Shown here: in pieces, positions 12,201 to 19,368 of the stretch
Layout of the letters: each line of letters begins with the position of its first letter
Numbering within the stretch: position 1 is the first letter of the stretch
Source: an uncultured Gemmatimonadales bacterium
GTDB lineage: Bacteria; Gemmatimonadota; Gemmatimonadetes; Longimicrobiales; Longimicrobiaceae
Length of the DNA: 64,000 nt
Reading direction: 5' to 3'
NCBI GenBank assembly: GCA_963716255.1
Contig: OY970303.1
Coordinates: 4,064,001-4,128,000, forward strand
Notes under the pieces: generated by a model
The model's input: only the letters and a program-made list of their open reading frames with translations
Databases searched by the model: none
What the model was told of the DNA's origin: nothing
Position numbers and translations under genes: made by a program

Positions 12201-13817
12201 GCCGCGGCGGCGGCCGGGAGCAGCACCCTCGCCGCGAGCCCGGTCTCCATCCCGGCGGACAGTGTTTCCACCTCCACGCTCACCGTCCAGCTCAGGGACC
12301 AGTACGGCAACGCCCTGAGCACGGGGGCCGGCACCGTGGCGCTGAGCACCACGGCCGGGACGCTCTCCGCCGTGATCGACAACGGCAACGGCAGCTACAC
12401 GGCCACCCTCACCGCGCCCACGGTCACCGGCTCGGCGACGGTGAGCGGCACCCTGAACGGGAGCCCGCTGGCGGGCACCGCGACGGTGGCCTTCGTCCCC
12501 GGCGCCGCGGCGCGCTACGTGGTCACCCCCAGCGCCGCCACCGCCGCGGCCGGCGGCACCGTGACGGTGACGGCGCAGCTGGTGGACGCGTACGGCAACG
12601 CCGTGCCCGCCGCCGGCCGGACGGTGACCTGGAGCAGCACGGGCGGCGGCTCCTTCGCCTCGCCCACCTCCACGACCGACGCCGCGGGCATCGCCAGCGT
12701 CGTCTTCACCACCAGCACCACCTCCGGCGTCACGCACACCGTGACCGCCGCCGACGGCACCGTCACCGGCACGAGCGGCGGCGTGGTGACGCAGGTGGGC
12801 GCCGCCGCGAGCATCATCAAGAGCGGCGCGGACGGCGTGTCGCTCGCCGCCGGGAGCGCGGTGACGCCGCTGCCCTCCGTGCGCGTGGTCGACGCCAACG
12901 GCAACGGCGTCCCCGGCATCGCCGTCACCTTCGCCGTCACCGCGGGCGGCGGCGCCGTCACCGGCGAGACCGCCACCACCGACGCGACCGGCGCGGCGGT
13001 GGTGGGGAGCTGGACGCTGGGGACCGCGGTCGGCGCCAACACGCTGGGCGTCACCGCGGGGAGCCTGAGCGCCACCTTCACGGTGACCGGCACCGTCGGG
13101 CCCGCGTCGGCGGCGGGGACGCAGATCACCACCGCCAACGCGGCGCTCACCTCCGGGAGCATCACCACCGTCACCGTCCAGCTCAAGGACCAGTACGGCA
13201 ACGACGTCACCACCGGTGGCGCCACCGTGACGCTGTCCACCGACCTGGGCACCGTGGGCGCCGTGACCGACGTCGGCAACGGCACCTATACGGCGGACCT
13301 GACCCACACCGGGACCGACGGCACCGCCACGGTCACCGGCACGCTGAACGGCGCGCCGATCGCCGACAACGCCGTGGTCACCTTCCAGGCCGGCGGCATC
13401 CAGCGCACCTGGACCGGGCTGGAGGGGAGCAACTGGAACACCGCGGGGAGCTGGAGCCCGCGCGGCACGCCCACCGCCTCCGACACCATCATCATCAACG
13501 GGGGCGGCACGCAGCCGCAGGTCACCGACGCCGACAAGACCATCCAGCGCCTGGTGATGACCACGTCCGGCGGGACGCTGGACATGGGCGGCTTCCGCCT
13601 CACCATCGTCGGCGACGCCGTCGCATCGGCCGGCACCGTCAGCAACGGCACCGTGCTGATGAGCGGGAGCTCGCGCACCATCGCCGGGACGTTCCCCGAC
13701 CTGCTGGTCACGGGGAGCATCAGCCCCAGCGGGGCCACCACGGCCACGGGGGCGGTGACGGTGACCAGCGGGACGCTGACCGTCGCCAACCAGACCCTCA
13801 CCATCCGGGGGTCGTAG
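6264..13817 (+). CDS. Giant secreted protein (~2517 aa): signal peptide, dockerin-like Ca-binding pair, ZU5-like domain, about 20 Ig-like (Big_1/invasin-type) repeats, short C-terminal beta-strand domain
   Basis: 'MMRFFSRLALLCSALLLSLALAPRPLAAQ' signal; 'GDVNRDGSVTAVDAL' and 'GDADGSGEVTAVDAL'; repeats 'GDGQTA.AGSAV...P.V.V.D..GNPV.GV.VTF' and 'QP.VQLRDA.GN.V.QAG'; invasin-type 'TVQL(R/K)DQYGN...DNGNG(S/T)YTA'. Confidence 0.9.
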   Translation: MMRFFSRLALLCSALLLSLALAPRPLAAQSGAIGIRGDVNRDGSVTAVDALAILSHVVGKPLPASYTVDLDGDADGSGEVTAVDALVILGHAVGRDVARYPVGQRVLAVRVGTAGGPVASRPDSIGLQVPEGALAAATVVTVRPAAGLDGSAGVLAGTALAIATEGGSFARPVRLTLRVNPAVLPEGATLEELRIHRRVGDGWEELPGGSVDVAAGTVAAELPGAGTFAVRAGAPRGLRLVKEAGDGQTGIVGRPPLDFLAVRLVNGAGRGVPGVELAWVVREGGGSVRPLAARTDSAGRVRAVLTLGAVPGTNRVRVSAAGADSVTFTAQGVADAPSAVAVVAGAGQTATAGSAVATPPSVRVTDSAGNPVVDAAVTFAVAAGGGTVTGGATRTDAGGVATVGSWTLGTTAGPNSLTATVQGGPAATISATGIPGAAASISIVSGDGGTAVVATTRALQAKVVDAHGNGVPGTAVAWAVATGGGSLSSPGSVTDGSGVATNVWTFGGTVGAQSVTASAAGLAGSPLTFTATTTPAAASQLTLAAQPSSTARSGIVLAAQPAVQLRDAFGNAVPQAGVAVTAAIATGGGTLGGTATVSTDASGVAAFTDLAISGTVGQRTLSFSAAGVAAATSGAVDVAAGTAASLAASAGDGQTAAAGSAVATAPAVRVVDASGNPVAGVGVTFAVATGGGSVTGASATTDASGIAAAGSWTLGTAAGANTLTASSTGLTTATFTATGVAGAAAAISIRSGDGGSAQVGTTRVLEARVVDAHGNPVQASTVAWAVATGGGSLSAPSSATDAAGVASVTWTLGTTAGPQSATATSAGLTGSPLTFTASATPAPAARLAVATQPSASARSGIAFAAQPAVQLEDAFGNAVPQSGVAVTAAVASGGGTLGGTATVSTDAAGRATFAGLSISGATGAYTLGFSAAGLAGAASGTITLAPGNPAALAVATQPSATALSGIAFAAQPVVQLRDASGNDVAQAGVAVTAAIASGGGTLGGSTTATTDAAGRATFAGLSISGTAGQRTLAFASAGLAGAVSAAVDLAAGVPASLSITTQPSATAQSGVPLGAQPVVQLRDADGNAVAQAGVSVTVSIASGSGTLGGTATVATDAAGQASFAGLAISGPVGSYTLGFASAGLTGATSGTVSLAAGAAASLAIGAGDGQTATAGSAVATAPSVVVRDASGNPVAGVGVTFAVAAGGGSVTGASVTTDASGIAAAGSWTLGTTAGANTLTASASGLTPVTFTATATAGAATQLALTTQPSSTALSGIAFGAQPVVQLRDAYGNAVAQAGVSITAAIASGGGSLGGTATVATNAGGQAVFAGLSISGTVGDRTLSFSSAGLSGATSSTISVTAGAASQVAIVTQPSSTVQNGAALGTQPVVQLRDADGNAVAQAGVSVTAAIASGGGTLGGTTTVATNAAGQAVFTGLSISGTLGDRTLSFSAAGLTGATSGTISVTAGAAASLAVSTGDGQSAVVGSAVSTAPSVIVRDASGNPVAGVSVTFAAAAGGGSVTGASATTDASGIAAVGSWTLGTTAGANTLTASASGLTPVTFTATSTAGAATQLSLTTQPSATAQSGIAFGAQPVLQLRDAYGNAVAQAGVSVTAAIASGGGSLGGTATVSTNAAGQAVFAGLSISGTIGDRTLSFSAGGLTGATSSPVSVAAGAASQLVITQQPSATVQNGSPLGTAPALRLRDASGNDVAQAGVAVTVAIASGGPALSGTTTVGTDAGGQVVFTGLVITGTVGDRTLSFSAAGLAGATSGTITVTPSAPASLAVSAGDGQTATAGSAVAVAPAVLVRDVSNNPVPGVSVTFAVATGGGSVTGATATTDASGIATVGSWTLGTTAGANTLTASASGLTPATFTATGVAGPAASIAIQSGDGGTATVASTRTLEARVADANGNPVAGHAVSWAAATGGGSVSAPSSTTDAAGVASVTWTLGTAAGAQTATATSAGLAGSPLTFTASTTAAAAAAGSSTLAASPVSIPADSVSTSTLTVQLRDQYGNALSTGAGTVALSTTAGTLSAVIDNGNGSYTATLTAPTVTGSATVSGTLNGSPLAGTATVAFVPGAAARYVVTPSAATAAAGGTVTVTAQLVDAYGNAVPAAGRTVTWSSTGGGSFASPTSTTDAAGIASVVFTTSTTSGVTHTVTAADGTVTGTSGGVVTQVGAAASIIKSGADGVSLAAGSAVTPLPSVRVVDANGNGVPGIAVTFAVTAGGGAVTGETATTDATGAAVVGSWTLGTAVGANTLGVTAGSLSATFTVTGTVGPASAAGTQITTANAALTSGSITTVTVQLKDQYGNDVTTGGATVTLSTDLGTVGAVTDVGNGTYTADLTHTGTDGTATVTGTLNGAPIADNAVVTFQAGGIQRTWTGLEGSNWNTAGSWSPRGTPTASDTIIINGGGTQPQVTDADKTIQRLVMTTSGGTLDMGGFRLTIVGDAVASAGTVSNGTVLMSGSSRTIAGTFPDLLVTGSISPSGATTATGAVTVTSGTLTVANQTLTIRGS

Positions 13818-13854
13818 GTTCGGATACGGAGCGGGGTTCGACGGACTGGGGTTC

Positions 13855-13988
13855 GGGCGTGCTCCCGGCTGGCGCCGGGGTCGGGCTTCGGCTCCGTAGC
13901 AGACGAAACGACCGTCTGCAACGGAGTCGAGCCCCGGCGGAAACAGCCCCGCCGGGTCTCGCCCCTTCGGGCCGAAATCCCTCACGCG
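13855..13988 (+). repeat. Structured dispersed repeat family A, copy 1
   Basis: GGGCGTG...GGGGTCGGGCTTCGGCTCCGTA-GCAGACG-AAACGAC-CGTCTGC-AACGGAGTCGAGCCC...GGTCTCGCCCCTTCGGGCCGAAATCCCTCACGCG; starts 37 nt after the stop of the giant gene. Confidence 0.95.
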
Positions 13989-14082
13989 GGCTCCGGTGTA
14001 ATCCCGGACGATCCATTGCCGCACCGGTGAGCGCTTCCGTTCGCCGGTGCGGCTTCCGTTCACCCCCGGCCCCGTCGACGCG

Positions 14083-15021
14083 ATGAAGCGCTTTGTCCTC
14101 GCCCTGTTCCTGTCCCTCGGGCTCGCCGGGTGTGCTCCTGGGGCGTCCGGGGGCGCGTCTTTCGCCGCGCCGGGGGGCGCGGGGCGCTTCGCGGCGCTGG
14201 AGGCGGAGGTGCGGCGCATGGTGGCGGCGCTGCCGGGAGACACGCTGGAGGTGTCCGTGGCGCTCGTGGACCTCCAGACCGGCGACTCGCTGCTGGTGAA
14301 CGCGCACGAGCGGATGCACGCGGCCAGCACCATGAAGGTGCCGGTGATGCTGGAGCTGTTCCGGCGGGCGGACGCGGGGGAGCTGTCGCTGGACGGGCCG
14401 GTGGCGGTGCGCAACGCGTTCCGCAGCATCGCCGACGGGAGCGCGTACACGCTCTCCCCCGACGACGACAGCGACCGGGAGATCTACGGCCGCGTGGGGC
14501 AGAGCATGACGGTGCGCGAGCTGGTGGAGCGGATGATCACGCGCTCCAGCAACCTGGCCACCAACCTGCTCATCGACCTGGCGGAGCCGGCGCGCATCGC
14601 GGCCACGCTGGCGTCGCTGGGCGCCTCGGAGACCGTGGTGCTGCGGGGGGTGGAGGACGGCCCTGCGTTCCGCGCGGGGATGAACAACACCACCACGGCG
14701 TACGGGCTCATGAAGACGCTGCAGGGCATCGCCGCGGGGCGGGCGGCCTCGCCGCGCGCCACGGAGGAGATGCTGGCGATCCTCGGTCGGCAGGAGTTCC
14801 GGCGGATGATCCCGGCGGGGGTGCCGGCCGGCGTGTGCGTGGCCAACAAGACCGGGTGGATCACCGGAATCGACCACGACGCCGCGGTGATCCTCCCCGA
14901 GGGGCGGCGCCCCTACGTGCTGGTGGTGCTCACGCGCGGCTTCCGGGACCGCGAGGCGGCGCGCCGCCTGGGCGCCGAGGTGTCGCGGCGGAGCTGGGAG
15001 ACGGTGACCGGGACGCGGTAG
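14083..15021 (+). CDS. Class A beta-lactamase-like serine hydrolase lipoprotein
   Basis: Lipobox 'LAGC'; SxxK 'ASTMK', 'SSN' and 'KTG' motifs. Confidence 0.88.
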   Translation: MKRFVLALFLSLGLAGCAPGASGGASFAAPGGAGRFAALEAEVRRMVAALPGDTLEVSVALVDLQTGDSLLVNAHERMHAASTMKVPVMLELFRRADAGELSLDGPVAVRNAFRSIADGSAYTLSPDDDSDREIYGRVGQSMTVRELVERMITRSSNLATNLLIDLAEPARIAATLASLGASETVVLRGVEDGPAFRAGMNNTTTAYGLMKTLQGIAAGRAASPRATEEMLAILGRQEFRRMIPAGVPAGVCVANKTGWITGIDHDAAVILPEGRRPYVLVVLTRGFRDREAARRLGAEVSRRSWETVTGTR

Positions 15022-15022
15022 G

Positions 15023-15220
15023 CTACTCCGCGGGCACCACCGCCTCGATCCGCTCGTCCGCGCGGACGCGGGCGCGGCCGCTGTTCACCGAGCGGCGCTC
15101 CTCCACCGCGCCGCCGGCGCCCCGCACGTGCAGCAGCACCTGCGAGGCGCGGGTGAGGGCGGGGTTCCAGGTCGCGGTGCGACCCTCGTCGGAAAGGCGC
15201 ACGGGGAGGGCGTCGGGCAT
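15023..15220 (-). CDS. Small hypothetical protein (65 aa)
   Basis: 'MPDALPVRLSDEGRTATWNPALTRA...'; GC3-biased codons; fills the gap between convergent and divergent neighbours. Confidence 0.5.
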   Translation of the reverse strand: MPDALPVRLSDEGRTATWNPALTRASQVLLHVRGAGGAVEERRSVNSGRARVRADERIEAVVPAE

Positions 15221-15332
15221 GGCGGCGCTCCGGTGGCTGGTTGGACGGCGCCGGGCGCGCCCGGTTATATTCGAGGGGTACGGCGCCCCGCGCGAGGGCG
15301 CGCCGCCCCCAACGAACCACACGGGAGACCCC

Positions 15333-15608
15333 ATGGCGGACATCAAGTGCACGCGCTGCGGCCAGGAGCGCGCCGCCGTCCCCTACGCCCCCTTCAACAA
15401 CGACCTGGGCCGGCGCATCCACGCCGAGATCTGCCAGGTGTGCTGGGCCGAGTGGCTCCGCCAGCAGACCATGCTGATCAACCACTACGGCCTCAACGTG
15501 CGCGACCCCGAGGCGAAGCAGTTCCTCACCGAGAACACCGACAAGTTCCTCTTCGGCGGCGACACCGAGGAGGTGGACACCAGCAAGAAGGGCACGATCA
15601 GCTGGTAG
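15333..15608 (+). CDS. yggX: Fe(II)-trafficking / oxidative damage protection protein (YggX family)
   Basis: 'PFNNDLGRRIHAEICQVCWAEWLRQQTMLINHYGLN..DPEAKQFL'; GGAG RBS. Confidence 0.88.
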   Translation: MADIKCTRCGQERAAVPYAPFNNDLGRRIHAEICQVCWAEWLRQQTMLINHYGLNVRDPEAKQFLTENTDKFLFGGDTEEVDTSKKGTISW

Positions 15609-15706
15609 CTCCCGCCGGCTTCACGGACCCGCGAAGGGCCGCGCTCCCGCCGGGAGCCGGCCCTTCTGCATTCCCGGCGGTTGAATCGGCTCGAACAGCA
15701 GGGTCC

Positions 15707-15836
15707 GGGCGTGCCCCCGGCTGGCGCCGGGGTCGGGCTTCGGCTCCGTAAAGCACGATACAACCGTGCTTAACGGAGTCGAGCCCGCGCAAACAGCCGC
15801 GCGGTCTCGCCCCTTCGGGCCGAAATCCCTCACGCG
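15707..15836 (+). repeat. Structured dispersed repeat family A, copy 2
   Basis: Same scaffold; variable stem AAGCACG-ATACAAC-CGTGCTT. Confidence 0.95.
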
Positions 15837-15890
15837 GGCTCCGACGCGGCCGCGGGATCTGGCCGGCGTCCCGCTCACGCGGCTCGCGGG

Positions 15891-16058
15891 TCAGCCCCGC
15901 CCGTCGCGGTTCAGCAGGTTGTCGATGCGCGTCCACTCCCGCGTCAGGTCCTGGCGGTCATCGGCGTCCTCACTCCCCTGGAGGAGCTTCATCAGGCGGT
16001 CGCGCTGCGCCTCCAGCTTGGCGCGCTCCGCGTCCGTCATTCCGGGTGGGTTCGTCAC
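15891..16058 (-). CDS. Small hypothetical helical protein (~55 aa)
   Basis: GGAGAG RBS before GTG; 'MTDAERAKLEAQRDRLMKLLQGSEDADDRQDLTREWTRIDNLL'. Confidence 0.45.
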   Translation of the reverse strand: MTNPPGMTDAERAKLEAQRDRLMKLLQGSEDADDRQDLTREWTRIDNLLNRDGRG

Positions 16059-16309
16059 GTTCCGCTCTCCGTGGCTGGGGGTCCCGCTCTCGGTGCGCCA
16101 TGCGCCGCGGCGCCCGGCTCCCGCGCCGCACACCGCGCGCCAGGCGCAGTGCGGGGCAACCTCGCCCACTGCGCCGGGCGCCGCAAGCCGCCGCCTCCGC
16201 GGGCGCCGGCTCGCCGGGATGCACGGATCCTGCTATCTTGGTTGGCTGATTCGGTTTCGGGCGCGGCTCCGCTCGCCGCGCCGCTCGTCCCCCGTTCCGG
16301 AGCCACGGG

Positions 16310-17176
16310 ATGTACCCGTTCCGCCTGATCCCGCCCGTCCTCCTCGCCGCGCTCGCCGGGTGCGCCTCGGGCGAGGCGATGGTCGCGTCCGCGCCCGCGG
16401 CGCCCGCCCCCGAGGTGGCGGCCCCGGCGGACACGGTTCCGGCCGCCCCCCCCGTGGAGCCCGACGCTCCGCTTGAAGAGCGCTGGGCCGCGCCGTTCGC
16501 GGTGCAGAGCGTGGGGCAGCTCGCCGCGCGCGACCCGCGCCCCACCGTGGTGCGCCTGGAGGCGGACAGCGCCGCGAAGCCCGCGCGCCCCGACACCGTG
16601 CCGCTCGACACGGTTCGGGTGGATACAGCGACGGTGCCCGCCCCCGCGGCGCCCCGTCGCGGCGCGGATTCCACCCGCACGGCCACCCGTCCGGCCCGGC
16701 CCGCATCCGGCGGCGCCGCGCCGTCCGGCCGCGGCGGGCGGCGGAGCCACGAGGTGAAGCCGGGGGAAACCTTCTACGCCGTCGCGCGGAAGTACGACGT
16801 GACGCCCGCCGCGCTGCGCGCCGCCAACCCGGGCGTGGACCCGGAGGCGCTGCGCAGCGGGACCACGCTGTGGATCCCGGGCGCGGCGGCCCCGTCGTCG
16901 TCCACGACCCCGCGGACGCCGGAGAGCCGCGGCGCCGGCAGCGCTTCCCGGACGTCCGGCGGCTCCTCCCGTACGTCGGGCGGAAGCACGTCCGCATCGG
17001 GCGCGTCGTCCACGGCGGCGCGCGCCGGGCGGCGCACCCACAAGGTGGTGCGCGGCGACACGCTGTTCGGCATCGCGCGCAAGTACGGGGTGTCCGCGGC
17101 GGCCATCCGCAGCGCCAACCAGCTGGAGGACGACAACGTCAAGCTCGGCGCGACGCTGGTGATCCCCGCGTCGTAG
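16310..17176 (+). CDS. LysM-domain lipoprotein (two LysM domains)
   Basis: Lipobox 'LAGC'; 'HEVKPGETFYAVARKYDV' and 'HKVVRGDTLFGIARKYGVS..AIRSANQL'. Confidence 0.9.
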   Translation: MYPFRLIPPVLLAALAGCASGEAMVASAPAAPAPEVAAPADTVPAAPPVEPDAPLEERWAAPFAVQSVGQLAARDPRPTVVRLEADSAAKPARPDTVPLDTVRVDTATVPAPAAPRRGADSTRTATRPARPASGGAAPSGRGGRRSHEVKPGETFYAVARKYDVTPAALRAANPGVDPEALRSGTTLWIPGAAAPSSSTTPRTPESRGAGSASRTSGGSSRTSGGSTSASGASSTAARAGRRTHKVVRGDTLFGIARKYGVSAAAIRSANQLEDDNVKLGATLVIPAS

Positions 17177-17306
17177 CCGTCCCTGCGGCGAACGGAAGGC
17201 AGGACGAGCGAAGCGTCCGGCACGAGCCGGGCGCTTCGTGCGTCCGCCGGGTGGTGATCTCGTGCTTCACTGAACCGACGATGCCGCCGTTGTAGCGATG
17301 GAAGCA

Positions 17307-17340
17307 GAGATCCCCCGGCCGCGAATGGCCGGGGGATCTC
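17307..17340. terminator. Perfect 14-bp hairpin, likely intrinsic terminator of the LysM gene
   Basis: GAGATCCCCCGGCC-gcgaat-GGCCGGGGGATCTC followed by GTGTTT. Confidence 0.6.
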
Positions 17341-17587
17341 GTGTTTGCAGGGACTCCGCGCCCGTGGCGTGTGTGCCGGTGGGAACGTGGCAGGAGGGGG
17401 GCGTACCGTGCAGCCCGGTGCCGGGCTGGTCAGCGGAGGGCCTATCACCGGCGGGAGTCCGTGTGCGGTTGTTCGGGGCGGCTGGGCAACCGCTCCTAAC
17501 GGCTAACGTCGTGTGCCAAACTGAGGCTCCACGTTACTTTCGACGGTGCTTCCAGTAACCACTTTCCTTCACACCAAGGAGCACCCC

Positions 17588-17815
17588 ATGAAAGCCATGC
17601 GCATCTTCCTCATCGTCATCGCCGCTGCTGCAGCAGCCGGATGCAGTCGCACGCCCAACCCCGTGGCTCCCGAAGGAACCCCACGGTTCAGTGGAACCCA
17701 TCTGATTGGCTCCGGAAACAAGGCTGACGCGACGAGTAGTGTCAGTTCCGCGATTCCGGATTCGACAGGGTTCAGTTCAGAGCGGGGCCTTCACTTGATC
17801 GGTGGGGGTAACTAG
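17588..17815 (+). CDS. Small secreted lipoprotein-type peptide precursor (75 aa) with two GxHLIGxGN cores
   Basis: AAGGAG RBS at 17576; 'MKAMRIFLIVIAAAAAAGC' signal/lipobox; cores GTHLIGSGN (aa 36-44) and GLHLIGGGN (aa 67-75, C-terminus). Confidence 0.75.
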   Translation: MKAMRIFLIVIAAAAAAGCSRTPNPVAPEGTPRFSGTHLIGSGNKADATSSVSSAIPDSTGFSSERGLHLIGGGN

Positions 17816-17824
17816 GCGCCTCAT

Positions 17825-19142
17825 TTACTGGCACTGCATGCGCAGGTGACGATCCGTTCCTGCGCATGCAGCAAGAGTCTGCACGAAGGCTTGGGCAAGA
17901 GCATCTGCCGATTCATCCGTCTCAGGCTCAATCGATTGGCAACGAACAGAAGAAGTTAGCCCTCTTGTCGCGGTAGCTTCCATAAGCGATCTCACCTTGA
18001 CTAGGACTCCTTCCTCTCCACGTTTGGTCGCTATGTCAACCGCGAGGCGGGAGGCCAGATCCACCCGCTCAGAGTCGCCGAGAAGAGCGGATCCATACGC
18101 AAGTCTCAGGAGTGAAGAGGTCACGCAGTCGAGCGTCGGTTGGTCGTCGATGATTTGCCAGGTACCTACCCAGGCGTCAGCAAAGACATTGAGTCGGTTG
18201 GCTCCTCCCGCCGCCCAGGCGAGTTGCGAGAGAGCAAACAAGCGGTGGCTCGGATGGGTCAGTAACCGGACAAGCACTTCGAGTACGGGGAGGGCCCGCG
18301 CATACTCTCCTAACAGCACCCAAAAGCCGGCAACATCATGGGCAAGGGTGATGCGACCCGAATGGGAGCGGGGATAGGCGCGGAAAGCTTTCTTCGCAAA
18401 ATCTAGGGCGTCGCTTACCTGATTCGTCTCTGCTGCAACAACGAAGAGGTTGTGGAGAGCTTCCGCCCGTAGGTTCCTGATCCCGGCTCTCCGCGCCGCC
18501 CTGAACGTCCGAAGGAATGCCTCTCTGGCTCTCGGGTAGTCGTTACGAACGATGAAGAGGTCACCCAGGCCCATGTAGGCGCGCGCGTAGACCTGCGCGT
18601 CCCGTCGCCTGCGGGCGAGCCCGATGGCCCGGCGGTACCATGTCTCCGCGCGGATGTAGTCGGCGTTCCTGCGGCAGAGCAGCCCCACGGTGTAGGCGTT
18701 CTCCGCGCTCTCGGGAGCGGCGAGCGCCGCGGCCTGGCCATACCAGATGGAGGTCCGCGGCAGCAGACGCTCCTCCGCCCAGAAGGCCAGCTTGCGGCAC
18801 ACCCTCGCGACGGCCTGCCTGTCCGGCTGCCCCTCGGCGTCCAGCACGCCGGCCAGCAGCACCAGCATCCCGCGGGCGTCCGGGTCCAGCTCCACGGCGT
18901 GCAGCGCCGCCACCCGCTCCTCGTGGGCGCGGTGGCCGAAGAGGCGCGGGCGGTTCGCCGGGGCGGTCGTCGCCCACAGCACCACGTCGCGGACCCCTTC
19001 CCACAGGACGACGCCCAGCGGCGAGCGGACCTCGTCCAGAACGTGGTTGACCGTCGAAGGGCTCGCCCGAGCGGAGGAGCGCGGGCGGGACCACGTAGGG
19101 GCGGCCGGCCCGGCCCGGCGCAGGGGGCTCCCGTCTGGGCAT
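17825..19142 (-). pseudogene. TPR-repeat protein with an apparent one-base insertion near 19044-19049 (frameshift or sequencing error)
   Basis: ATG 19142 gives 'MPRREPP...VVPPALLRSGEPFDGQ' and continues in another frame as 'HVLDEVRSPLGVVLWEGVRDVVLWA...'; TPR-like helices 'AYTVGLLCRRNADYIRAETWYRRAIGLA' and 'AYMGLGDLFIVRNDYPRAREAF'. Confidence 0.75.
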
Positions 19143-19368
19143 GCGCAGCTCCGTGCGATGGGGTGCAGGCCGCGGGCGGATGAACGTGGACGGCAGCGGC
19201 CCAGGCCGCGCCTGGAGAAGTGTCCACGAACCCAGACGCTATTTACACGCCCATCCTTTGCAGGTCAACGCGTCGCGCCCGAAGAGGACACGGGCGCACC
19301 AGCTGTCTGCGACGTGGCGTAAAAGGAGTCGGCATCCGCCGTGAACACGGCCCGGCCCCGGGAGCCGC

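Noticed and set aside
13855..13988. Family A as a hammerhead ribozyme because of GCCGAAA
   Set aside because: No CUGANGA core on either strand; other ribozyme classes cannot be excluded by eye.
6078..14450. 2790-aa minus-strand ORF, and similar long ORFs at 601-3360, 38109-41915, 38269-41976 and 53545-61431
   Set aside because: Arg/Gly/Pro/Ala-rich shadow frames of real GC3-biased genes; stop codons are rare at this GC content.
14083..15021. Bona fide beta-lactam resistance gene
   Set aside because: Has SxxK/SxN/KTG motifs but looks like the broad serine-hydrolase family; activity cannot be inferred.
17588..17815. RiPP precursor
   Set aside because: No modifying enzymes nearby; it has a Sec/lipoprotein signal instead of a leader peptide.
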